Shown piece after piece: positions 1 to 8,091 of a DNA stretch of 27,735 nucleotides. This DNA is from Cytophagales bacterium (GTDB taxonomy: Bacteria > Bacteroidota > Bacteroidia > Cytophagales > Cyclobacteriaceae), in NCBI GenBank assembly GCA_024643485.1, contig JAHEMU010000001.1, positions 1 through 27,735 of the forward strand, in the 5' to 3' direction. The notes beneath the pieces are model-generated. The model searched no databases. It saw nothing but the letters and a program-made list of their open reading frames with translations, and was not told the origin of the DNA. Made by a program: the position numbers and the translations under genes. Each line of letters opens with the position of its first letter. Within the stretch, counting starts at the first letter, position 1.

Positions 1-986
1 TCTTCAAATAAAACGCGATATAATGTTTGGGTGATAGGAGCTTTTACTTTGTAATAATTTGCGATTTTGGTCATGGTTCGAACGGTATTTACCCCTTCAG
101 CCACCTCTTCCATCGAATTGATGATTTCCACTAATTTTTCTCCCTTAGCAAGTCGATGTCCTACGTGAAAGTTTCGGCTGTGAAGAGAATTTGAGGTAGC
201 CACTAAATCACCCACACCGGCTAGACCCAAGAATGCACGAGCATCTCCTCCCATCGCTTTACCGAGATACATGATCTCAATCATGCCTCGGCTCACCAAT
301 AAACCTTTTGCGTTTTCTCCAAAACCGAGGCCATGAAGGGCGCCTGCAGCAATAGCAATAATATTTTTTAAAACTCCAGCTAATTCAATACCGATTAAAT
401 CGCTATTTCCATAAGTCTGAAATCGGTCGTTTCTTAAATACTTTGTGCCGTAGGTAATTACCTCTTCAAAATGACTTGCTACCACGGTTGCGGCAGGTTG
501 GTTGTCGGCTAATTCCTTAGCTATATTTGGGCCAGCCATACAACCCACGCGAATAACCGAAGTTTCATCCAAAATCACTTCTGACATTGTTCTGACTTCC
601 CTGCGGCTTAACTTAGTAACGTCCTCAATTGTTTTATTTTCAGGTAATCGTATATCTAATCCCTTGGTTCCATGGATTAATATATGAGAAGGCCTTAAGA
701 CTGGAGACATTTGGCGCATTAAATTCCTAAAACCTGAAGAAGGGATCACTGGGAAAATAATATCGCATTGTTCAGCAACTGATTCTAGATCACAGGTAGG
801 GGTAATTTTAGCATTTAGAGGGTGCCCTTTTCGAATTCCGGTGGATTTCATTTCTTCAATCGACGCTTCATCACGAGCGTATAGCAGCACTTGGTTGTTT
901 CGAGCCAGAATATTAGCGACTGCAGTACCGAAACTTCCAGCACCAAGTACACCTAAAGGTTTGCGTTTTTTAGTACTAGAGGTCAT
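1..986 (-). CDS. gpsA: NAD(P)H-dependent glycerol-3-phosphate dehydrogenase (3' end truncated by the window edge; absent from the ORF track)
   Basis: Manual translation from ATG at 986: MTSSTKKRKPLGVLGAGSFGTAVA (Rossmann GxGxxG), HGTKGLD, AGPNIAKE, GIELAGVLKNIFAIAAG, GLAGVGDLVAT..SRN, EVAEGVNT. The frame stays open to position 1 and overlaps the stop of the upstream acyltransferase. Confidence 0.96.
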   Translation of the reverse strand, partial: MTSSTKKRKPLGVLGAGSFGTAVANILARNNQVLLYARDEASIEEMKSTGIRKGHPLNAKITPTCDLESVAEQCDIIFPVIPSSGFRNLMRQMSPVLRPSHILIHGTKGLDIRLPENKTIEDVTKLSRREVRTMSEVILDETSVIRVGCMAGPNIAKELADNQPAATVVASHFEEVITYGTKYLRNDRFQTYGNSDLIGIELAGVLKNIIAIAAGALHGLGFGENAKGLLVSRGMIEIMYLGKAMGGDARAFLGLAGVGDLVATSNSLHSRNFHVGHRLAKGEKLVEIINSMEEVAEGVNTVRTMTKIANYYKVKAPITQTLYRVLFE

Positions 987-2664
987 ATCCGTCCATTCGA
1001 TTATGATAAAAGTACAAGGTAGGTAAACTCTTAGTGATAATTTTATCTCCTTTTCTAATAAGGGGTCTGTTCAAATGGTAAAGGCCAACATTCTCAAGCC
1101 CCAAAGCAATTACTTCCTCAATATCCCTGTACATATGTTTGGCTATATTAAGTTCTTTATTTGCTTTTTTCTCCAATATAATTTTGCGGTACTTTTCAAC
1201 CTCATTTTTAAATACTTCATATTCAATTTCAAGTTCTTCTTCTGGTTGCCTTAAGAAACTGAATAAATCCATTTTGGGGAATTGAGATTTCCAATGTCGG
1301 AACGCTACCCAAGCAACTAAATGAGAAGCAAACACCCGATTGATGCGGTGATATTCCGTAACGATTTTTTCGCTTAGAATTCGTGTATATTCATTTTCTC
1401 GTTGGTCATCTTCCGTTATTTCTCCATGTGAAGTGAAATAATCAGCAATTTTAAGTTGATTCCCGTGTTTGTCAATACTTTGACCATTTTCATCCACGTA
1501 ATTACCCAAAACATCTAATGGACGTCCGATGGAGACCGAGATGTTAGAACCTTTTTTGAAGAATTCTATTAAAAATTTAATGATTTTATAAGAGGTGGAA
1601 TATTCGTCTTTTTCTCTGTAATAACGTTCTTGTCCTGTTCTTTTTAAATATTCGTTGATTAGTGAAGGAGCTTCGAGTACGAAGTGATAATTGATCGTGA
1701 CGGGAACAATGTAAATACGTCTGTGTTTGGTGTCCTCGTTCATTAATAAACTTCTTTGTGCTTCAACGGAAGTTCCAAGAAGCCCTCGTTTTAATGATTT
1801 TTCGATATGTCCTGATCTGCTTCTAGTTCCGCCGGGGAAGAAGAGACTGTGAGCGCCTTTCATTTGTGCCAAGTGGCTATACATTTTAAGCGTTTCCAGA
1901 TAAATCGGATTTCGCTTTCTCCTATCCACTTTATAAGCTCCGAGGCTATTCATGAAATAAGCGAATATCTTGATGTTAAAAAGATTTAAACCAGCGCCAT
2001 AAATAAATGGAGGCAGACCAAGAACGTGAATGATCCAACCGATTAGAATGCTATCTAGATTGCTGAAATGAGTTGGAACCATCACGATGGTGCCTTTTCT
2101 CGCCAACTTTCTTAGCAGTTTAATTTTTCCAAATATTTGAATTTTGTCAGTCAGGTTATAATCGCTTTTGAATATTGCGAACAGACCCTTTACTCGGGCT
2201 GCATTCAATAAACGCCGAAATCCAAATTTTACGATATTTCGGGTAACTGTATATCGATTGGGTCGAAAATTTCCAGCGACTTCATTCGCATAACGAAGGA
2301 TAATTTTCTTTAATATTTTTTGAATGTCCTGATCGGTGGTTTCACTTGAAGAAAGTTCCACTAAATCTTTTTTGATATCATCCCAAAACGCCGCTTCATC
2401 GGGTGGATCGACACGCCAAGGATTTGATTTCATCCGTTGCATTTCACGGTATCTGGCCGTTTCGATTTCTTCAATCAATTCCTTTGTTGAGGACTTAACT
2501 AAAAGAATTCTCTTCAAAGATTCCTCAGATACCTCTTCGATAAATTCCTTCCGATGTTTGCTTAATTGAACAACCGGCCAATACTTGGAGCGCTTTATAA
2601 TGGGCTCGTAATATCTTCGTTTGCGTTTTTTCGCAAGACTTTTCTTTTCCTCAGTTTCAGCCAT
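976..2664 (-). CDS. PlsB-like glycerol-3-phosphate / lysophospholipid acyltransferase
   Basis: Acyltransferase motif I HX4D (PTHFSNLDS), motif II (GAYKVDRR), motif III (FFPGGTRSRSG) and motif IV (IVPVTINY). Coupled to gpsA. ATG at 2664 is preferred over the TTG at 2673. Confidence 0.85.
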   Translation of the reverse strand: MAETEEKKSLAKKRKRRYYEPIIKRSKYWPVVQLSKHRKEFIEEVSEESLKRILLVKSSTKELIEEIETARYREMQRMKSNPWRVDPPDEAAFWDDIKKDLVELSSSETTDQDIQKILKKIILRYANEVAGNFRPNRYTVTRNIVKFGFRRLLNAARVKGLFAIFKSDYNLTDKIQIFGKIKLLRKLARKGTIVMVPTHFSNLDSILIGWIIHVLGLPPFIYGAGLNLFNIKIFAYFMNSLGAYKVDRRKRNPIYLETLKMYSHLAQMKGAHSLFFPGGTRSRSGHIEKSLKRGLLGTSVEAQRSLLMNEDTKHRRIYIVPVTINYHFVLEAPSLINEYLKRTGQERYYREKDEYSTSYKIIKFLIEFFKKGSNISVSIGRPLDVLGNYVDENGQSIDKHGNQLKIADYFTSHGEITEDDQRENEYTRILSEKIVTEYHRINRVFASHLVAWVAFRHWKSQFPKMDLFSFLRQPEEELEIEYEVFKNEVEKYRKIILEKKANKELNIAKHMYRDIEEVIALGLENVGLYHLNRPLIRKGDKIITKSLPTLYFYHNRMDGYDL

Positions 2665-2683
2665 ATAATGCAATAATAGAATT

Positions 2684-2691
2684 CAAATATA
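2684..2691 (-). promoter_or_regulatory. Bacteroidota -7 promoter element for the acyltransferase-gpsA unit
   Basis: CAAATATA on + reads TATATTTG on -, matching TAnnTTTG, about 20 nt upstream of the start. Confidence 0.65.
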
Positions 2692-2767
2692 GAACAAACC
2701 ATATTCTTATAAAAAATAATAGGAATGTAATACTTTAAAGTGCAATCAAGGTATAAAAGCTACTAGC

Positions 2768-3436
2768 TTATTTATTTTCTAAATCTGATGCCTTTAAAGT
2801 GCCGTAAAGATACGCTCGAATTATAATTCCTTCCAATTCATATTTTATTTTGAAATGGGTGTCTTGAGGTAATATAAGCGAAAAACATGAGATTTCACTC
2901 CCTTCATTAGTTTGGTGGTCAGTGAGGTGAATTACTTTTCCTTCGGTATATACTAATTCTTCATTTTTAGAAAGCGATTCTATTTCGGTTGGAGAGAGGC
3001 ATATTCTATAAATATTTGCCCCTCCTTTGGCAATAAATTGTTCGGTAAGTTGAATGAAATCTTTCAAATAAGGATGTGGGTCTAGGAGTATCCATTGTTG
3101 CTTGACGGAATTGGATTCAATATCGAGGACCATTTCGCCCGCAGTACCAAAGTAAATGCCAATTAACCCAATGAATGCAAGAATAATTAAAATCCATGGT
3201 GAGCCTATGCCATTAAAAGCTCCCAAAAGGGCCAAAGGCATTAAAATTCCACCCAAGATGGCGGGAAATAAAAGTACTTTTTTGGAAAGTGAAATTGATT
3301 TTACGGATTCAAGGGGAATTAATTCGGTTTTTCGGCCCCTTATAACGACTATTTTGTCGGAATAAAGCTGAATTTTTCGATGCGTTTTTTCGGGTAAATC
3401 AAGTGAGCATTGAGCTATAGGGGCACTTCCATCCAT
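2768..3436 (-). CDS. Hypothetical membrane protein (two-TM hairpin; degenerate DUF952-like C-terminus)
   Basis: 222-aa ORF with an ATG start. Hydrophobic hairpin VLLFPAILGGILMPLALLGAF / WILIILAFIGLIGIYFG. C-terminal IYRI..EGKVIHLT..KYE..AYLYGTL. Confidence 0.7.
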   Translation of the reverse strand: MDGSAPIAQCSLDLPEKTHRKIQLYSDKIVVIRGRKTELIPLESVKSISLSKKVLLFPAILGGILMPLALLGAFNGIGSPWILIILAFIGLIGIYFGTAGEMVLDIESNSVKQQWILLDPHPYLKDFIQLTEQFIAKGGANIYRICLSPTEIESLSKNEELVYTEGKVIHLTDHQTNEGSEISCFSLILPQDTHFKIKYELEGIIIRAYLYGTLKASDLENK

Positions 3437-3576
3437 AGAAAATAAATATTCTTACAAATATTTCAAAATTTAAAGTAATTTAACGCTTTAATAACGGTTT
3501 TGTCGGTAGTAAACCCGATTTATATAACTTAATCTGTAAATTTATTGTTTATAGAATTGAAAACAGAAGAAATAGC

Positions 3577-6489
3577 GTGTTGAAACCATTTAAAATCGCG
3601 GGGTTAAGTATAGCCATTTTTATAATGGTTTCCTTCTTTGGAGGTGAAGTCAATGCAACGCATTTACGCGCTGGACAATTAATCGTAGAACGAGTTAATT
3701 GTCAAGGACTTACCTTTAGAATTAGCTTTGTCATTTATAAAGATACAGGTTCAACGATAGAAGTTGGGGGCGGTACTCTTCGTTTTGGAGATGGAAGTGA
3801 CCCGGATAATGACGGCGAAAAAGGGTATGTGGTACCTACCGAAAGTTCAAACGACCCGTCCATGTCCACGACTAATTTAGGGAATGAACTTGCCGTAGTC
3901 CGGTATTCAATTACCCATACCTATGGGGCGCCAGGACGTTATGTAATCAGTTATTTTGAGATGAACAGGAATTTTGGAATTTTAAATATTCAAGATTCTG
4001 GGAATACGTCCTTTTATATCGAAGCGGAAATTAATATTGATCCGTTTTTTGGTTGTGATAATTCACCTATTATGTTAATTCCCCCAGTGGATGAAGCATG
4101 TACAGGAGTGGCATTCGTTCATAATCCTGGAGCTTACGATCCGGATGGGGATAGCCTTTCTTTTGAGTTGGTAGTGCCTAAAATGGACAGAGGAGCAGAT
4201 GTGGTAAACTACCGTTCACCTATTGCACCTGAGTTTTATGTGAATTTTGATTATCTAAATGAAGATAAAACAGACGAGCCTAGTTTTTCCATAAATCCTT
4301 ATACTGGAGAGCTCTATTGGGATGCTCCAGGTGATAAATTGAACGAGTACGGAGGTCGTGAGTATAACGTGGCCTTTAAGGTGACGGAGTGGAGGAAAAT
4401 ACAAGGAAGGTGGTATCGGCTGGGATATGTGATCAGGGACATGCAGATAATAGTCAGAGAATGTGACAACGATCGGCCTGATTTGATAGTGCCTGATGAT
4501 ATTTGCGTGGAAGCAGGTACTCTTATAGATGAAAGCATTATTGGTATCGACCCTAATAACGATGATGTGAAAATAGAAGCATTTTCACAGGTGTTTTTTC
4601 TAAATAGTAATTCAGCGACGATCGATCCTTCCGACGGAAGATGGCAGCCTATTAACTCTGCCTCGGTAAATTTTCTATGGCAAACCGATTGTTTCCATGT
4701 GAGAGATCAACCGTATCAGGTTGTTTTTAAAATAACTGATGACCCGGTGGATGGGCCTAAATTAGTAAATTTCGCTACATGGAATATAACAGTTATAGCT
4801 CCAAAACCTGAATGGGTTAATGCACAGGCTGATTTTGCTAAAAAAGAAGCGACTCTTGAATGGGAACAATATGACTGTTTTAATGCTCAAGCTATACAGA
4901 TTTGGAGGAGAGTTGATTCGTATAATTATGTTCCGGGTGAATGTGAAACGGGTATGCCGGATTTTCTCGGTTACGAATTGATTGATCAGGTTTCTCCATT
5001 GGAAACTACCTATATTGATAATAATAAAGGAAATGGACTAAATGTCGCAGCAGGATATTGCTATCGTTTAGTTGCTGTTTTTGGACAACCTAGCGGAGGC
5101 GAAAGTATAATTTCAAGTGAAATTTGCCTTGATCCTATGATTGCTGATGCGCCTGTGATGACTCATGTAACGGTGGATAAAACTGATAAAGTAGCTGGAG
5201 AGGTGACCGTTTCGTGGAAACCTCCATTTGATATCGATAAAGTTAAATTTGGTACAGATTATAGGTATGAAGTTCAACAAGGATTGGGTTTAATCAGTAA
5301 TACATTCAAAAATGTTGGCACTACTGCCGATACTACTTTCACCGTAACTGCTTTAAATACTGAGGATAATGCCCATGTTTTTAGGGTTGTACTGTATTCT
5401 AATGACGCTACTGTAGTTGGCCCTACTGATCCAATCGATACTTCTGCCGTAGCAAGTACTGTTTGGTTACAGCCTAAACCACTGTATGAAAAGATTAATT
5501 TGTTTTGGACTTTTAATGTTCCTTGGACAAACAATGTTCAAAATTACCCATGGCATTATATATATAGAGGAGAAGAAAGTGATGGCGAAATGAATTTAAC
5601 GCTGATTGACTCCGTTAATGTGAATTTGATGGGGTATAATTATCTGGATTCCGGTCAATGGAATTCTACACCATTGCTAAATACGGATTTATATTGTTAC
5701 TATGTTGAGACACAAGGATCCTACGGGAATCCGAAAGTGGAATCTCCGCAGATCAATAAATCACAAATGATTTGTGTACAGCCAAATGATGATGTAGCTC
5801 CATGTCAGCCGGAATTGGAAGTAGCCACCATCAACTGTGAGGATTTCTTGGAAAATAGTGGTTGTGGTTTTACCGATTTTGAAAATATAATTAAATGGAA
5901 AGCTACAGTACCGGGAGGATGCCAGGATGATGTGCAGTTTTATGAACTGTATTATGCTAATTCTACCAAAGCGGAATTCCAATATTTGGCAACAGTAACG
6001 GACACAATCTACATCGATACTGATCTCACTTCTTTTGCGCGTTGTTATAAGGTACGTGCAGTAGACCGTTCGGGTAATAGAAGTGAGTTTAGTGAAAAAG
6101 TGTGCTTTGATAATTGCCCATATTATGAGTTGCCAAATGTATTTACTCCAGGAAATAATGACGGGTGTAACGATTTATTTAGCGCATATAGCGATCGAGA
6201 AATCATCGATGAAAATGGAAATTCCATTTGCGGAGAACGTGACCTGACCCGATGTGCTCGATTTGTTCAAAGTGTGGAGTTTAGAGTGTACAACAGATGG
6301 GGACGTCAGGTGTTTGACTATAAATCTGGAGGCGAAAAAACCATCTATATAGATTGGGATGGAAGGGATTCGAATGGAAATGAGCTGTCGTCCGGTACTT
6401 ATTTTTATATTGCTGAAGTCGTGTTTGATTTGGTGGATCCATCCAAACGACGACAGGAAATGAAAGGTTGGGTTCAAATTATCAGGTAA
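3577..6489 (+). CDS. T9SS type-B sorting (gliding-motility-associated C-terminal domain) large secreted protein with PKD/Ig- and Fn3-like modules
   Basis: Sec signal ending EVNA|THLRAG. HTYGAPGRY and GAYDPDGDSLSFEL motifs, Fn3-like repeats, and C-terminal PNVFTPGNNDGCNDLF..VYNRWGRQVF..WDGRDSNGNELSSGTYFY. Confidence 0.9.
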   Translation: MLKPFKIAGLSIAIFIMVSFFGGEVNATHLRAGQLIVERVNCQGLTFRISFVIYKDTGSTIEVGGGTLRFGDGSDPDNDGEKGYVVPTESSNDPSMSTTNLGNELAVVRYSITHTYGAPGRYVISYFEMNRNFGILNIQDSGNTSFYIEAEINIDPFFGCDNSPIMLIPPVDEACTGVAFVHNPGAYDPDGDSLSFELVVPKMDRGADVVNYRSPIAPEFYVNFDYLNEDKTDEPSFSINPYTGELYWDAPGDKLNEYGGREYNVAFKVTEWRKIQGRWYRLGYVIRDMQIIVRECDNDRPDLIVPDDICVEAGTLIDESIIGIDPNNDDVKIEAFSQVFFLNSNSATIDPSDGRWQPINSASVNFLWQTDCFHVRDQPYQVVFKITDDPVDGPKLVNFATWNITVIAPKPEWVNAQADFAKKEATLEWEQYDCFNAQAIQIWRRVDSYNYVPGECETGMPDFLGYELIDQVSPLETTYIDNNKGNGLNVAAGYCYRLVAVFGQPSGGESIISSEICLDPMIADAPVMTHVTVDKTDKVAGEVTVSWKPPFDIDKVKFGTDYRYEVQQGLGLISNTFKNVGTTADTTFTVTALNTEDNAHVFRVVLYSNDATVVGPTDPIDTSAVASTVWLQPKPLYEKINLFWTFNVPWTNNVQNYPWHYIYRGEESDGEMNLTLIDSVNVNLMGYNYLDSGQWNSTPLLNTDLYCYYVETQGSYGNPKVESPQINKSQMICVQPNDDVAPCQPELEVATINCEDFLENSGCGFTDFENIIKWKATVPGGCQDDVQFYELYYANSTKAEFQYLATVTDTIYIDTDLTSFARCYKVRAVDRSGNRSEFSEKVCFDNCPYYELPNVFTPGNNDGCNDLFSAYSDREIIDENGNSICGERDLTRCARFVQSVEFRVYNRWGRQVFDYKSGGEKTIYIDWDGRDSNGNELSSGTYFYIAEVVFDLVDPSKRRQEMKGWVQIIR

Positions 6490-6491
6490 AA

Positions 6492-6911
6492 TTAAATCCT
6501 GTTCTTTTTCTTTAAATCAGTGATTAATGATTTAAGAGACTCATCACATATCTTCTTTTCAAGGTTTACTTTAAAAGTTTTGTATTCAGTGTGAAGAATA
6601 CATGGATTCTGTGCATCACATATTGTGAGTCCCATGATACATTGATCAAAAATATTTTTCCCATCAATGCATACTATAACATCTATTAACCTTCGATTCA
6701 TATTGTTTTCATCGAGGTAAAATCCACCACCCCTACCTTTTAGTGAAGAAATAATATTACTTCTGGACAGTTGCTGTAGAATTTTACTTAAATATGGCTT
6801 TGGTATATCTAATTCCTTGGCGAGTTCTTCGACTGTCGATTTAGAATCTGCCTCCATTTTAGATAAGTGGAGGATGGTTCGAATAGCGTATTTGGCTGAA
6901 TTTGAAAACAT
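6492..6911 (-). CDS. Rrf2-family Fe-S transcriptional regulator (IscR/NsrR-like)
   Basis: MFS..AKYAIR N-terminus, wHTH YLSKILQQL..S.KGRGGGFYL, and the ligand cluster C91-C98-C104-H107 (CIMGLTICDAQNPCILH). Confidence 0.93.
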   Translation of the reverse strand: MFSNSAKYAIRTILHLSKMEADSKSTVEELAKELDIPKPYLSKILQQLSRSNIISSLKGRGGGFYLDENNMNRRLIDVIVCIDGKNIFDQCIMGLTICDAQNPCILHTEYKTFKVNLEKKICDESLKSLITDLKKKNRI

Positions 6912-6945
6912 AATTGTAAATGTAAAAAAAAAAACGGAATTAAAT

Positions 6946-6961
6946 AGGATAAAAATATCCT
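6946..6961. promoter_or_regulatory. Palindromic operator candidate AGGATA-AAAA-TATCCT (putative Rrf2 site)
   Basis: Perfect 6-bp inverted repeat with a 4-nt spacer between the divergent rrf2 and nos starts, 7 nt upstream of the -7 element. Confidence 0.6.
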
Positions 6962-6968
6962 TTTATCT

Positions 6969-6976
6969 TATATTTG
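6969..6976 (+). promoter_or_regulatory. -7 promoter element of the nos operon
   Basis: TATATTTG(CA) matches TAnnTTTG, 36 nt upstream of the cytochrome c ATG. Confidence 0.7.
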
Positions 6977-7012
6977 CAGAGCATATTAACTTACACATTA
7001 AATAACAAGTAG

Positions 7013-7489
7013 ATGATACGACAAACCACGATGATTTTTCTTCTATATCTGATGGCATCTTGTTCAGGTGGCGGAGAAAAGACCGAAGCTACTGGAGGGA
7101 TTCCAGGAGCGAGAACGGATTTACCAAAAACATTGGCAGAGGTAGAAAAGGATTTTGCTAGTTTCAAGGGAATAGGTCCGGTGACCAGCGTTACCTTGGA
7201 AGAAGCAATTAGTGAGGAAATGGCCGCTGCAGGGAAGGTAATTTTTGACGCGAAATGTTCGGCATGTCACAAGACAGATAAGCGATTTATAGGTCCTGAG
7301 CCAAAGAATGTATTGTCGAGAAGAACTCCAGAATGGGTCATGAACATGATTCTTAATCCAGAAGAAATGGTATCCAAAGATCCAATTGGAAAGCTTCTTC
7401 TTGTAGAATATAATGGTTCACCAATGGCAAATCAGAATTTAACTCAAGATGAAGCACGTTCAGTGCTTGAATATTTCAGAACACTTTAA
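7013..7489 (+). CDS. Monoheme cytochrome c lipoprotein, probable electron donor to NosZ
   Basis: Lipobox LMASC, a single heme motif CSACH, distal Met candidate in GSPMANQ; first gene of the nos operon. Confidence 0.9.
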   Translation: MIRQTTMIFLLYLMASCSGGGEKTEATGGIPGARTDLPKTLAEVEKDFASFKGIGPVTSVTLEEAISEEMAAAGKVIFDAKCSACHKTDKRFIGPEPKNVLSRRTPEWVMNMILNPEEMVSKDPIGKLLLVEYNGSPMANQNLTQDEARSVLEYFRTL

Positions 7490-7499
7490 TTATAACCTT

Positions 7500-8072
7500 A
7501 TGAAGAATTTCATACAATTAATGACTGCACTATTTATTGGGGTAGTTATGGCATCTTGTGCAGGAGGAGAAGCACAGAATGCAACACAAGAAGAAACTCT
7601 TGCTAATAATACGCCGCTGGGTCAAGCAGGCGTAGTTGATGATGAATCAGCAAAGAACATTTTACAAGTGGCAATTGGCTCCGCGGATCATACTACGTTA
7701 GTAGCAGCGGTTCAAGCGGCTCAAATTGAGCATGTTCTTGTAAATGCAGGCCCATTAACAGTATTTGCTCCTGTGAATTCAGCATTTGCAGCATTGCCAG
7801 AAGGTACTGTTGAAAATTTACTAAAACCTGAAAATAAAGCGCAGTTAGCGAATATTTTAACTCGCCACGCCGCTCCTGGATCTTATGATATTGAAGGTTT
7901 AAAAGGAATGGCTGCTAAAAACAGGAAATTATACATGGCCACGGGTGATTATCTTGAAATCGTAGTCGATGGTGACAATGTAACTGTTGGTGGGGCAAAA
8001 GTACTAGCCACCGTACCTACTTCAAATGGAATTATTAATGTGGTAGACAAAGTGATACTACCTGCCAACTAA
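7500..8072 (+). CDS. Fasciclin (FAS1) domain lipoprotein
   Basis: FAS1 motifs HTTLVAAVQAA..L...GPLTVFAPVNSAFAALP, ILTRH and SNGIINVVDKVILP; lipobox VMASC. The ATG at 7500 gives a clean signal peptide and avoids overlap with cytochrome c. Confidence 0.92.
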   Translation: MKNFIQLMTALFIGVVMASCAGGEAQNATQEETLANNTPLGQAGVVDDESAKNILQVAIGSADHTTLVAAVQAAQIEHVLVNAGPLTVFAPVNSAFAALPEGTVENLLKPENKAQLANILTRHAAPGSYDIEGLKGMAAKNRKLYMATGDYLEIVVDGDNVTVGGAKVLATVPTSNGIINVVDKVILPAN

Positions 8073-8091
8073 ATACTTAACTAAAATTAAC

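Noticed and set aside
502-1026. + strand ORFs 502..687 and 841..1026
   Set aside because: Antisense shadows of gpsA, which the ORF track missed because it runs off the window.
6876-6884. tRNA T-loop-like GGTTCGAAT
   Set aside because: Inside the rrf2 coding region with no cloverleaf context.
6912-7012. FNR/DNR box upstream of the nos operon
   Set aside because: No TTGAT-N4-ATCAA match was found.
7449-7499. ORF-track start of the fasciclin gene at 7449
   Set aside because: Overlaps cytochrome c by 41 nt and buries the signal peptide; the ATG at 7500 fits better.
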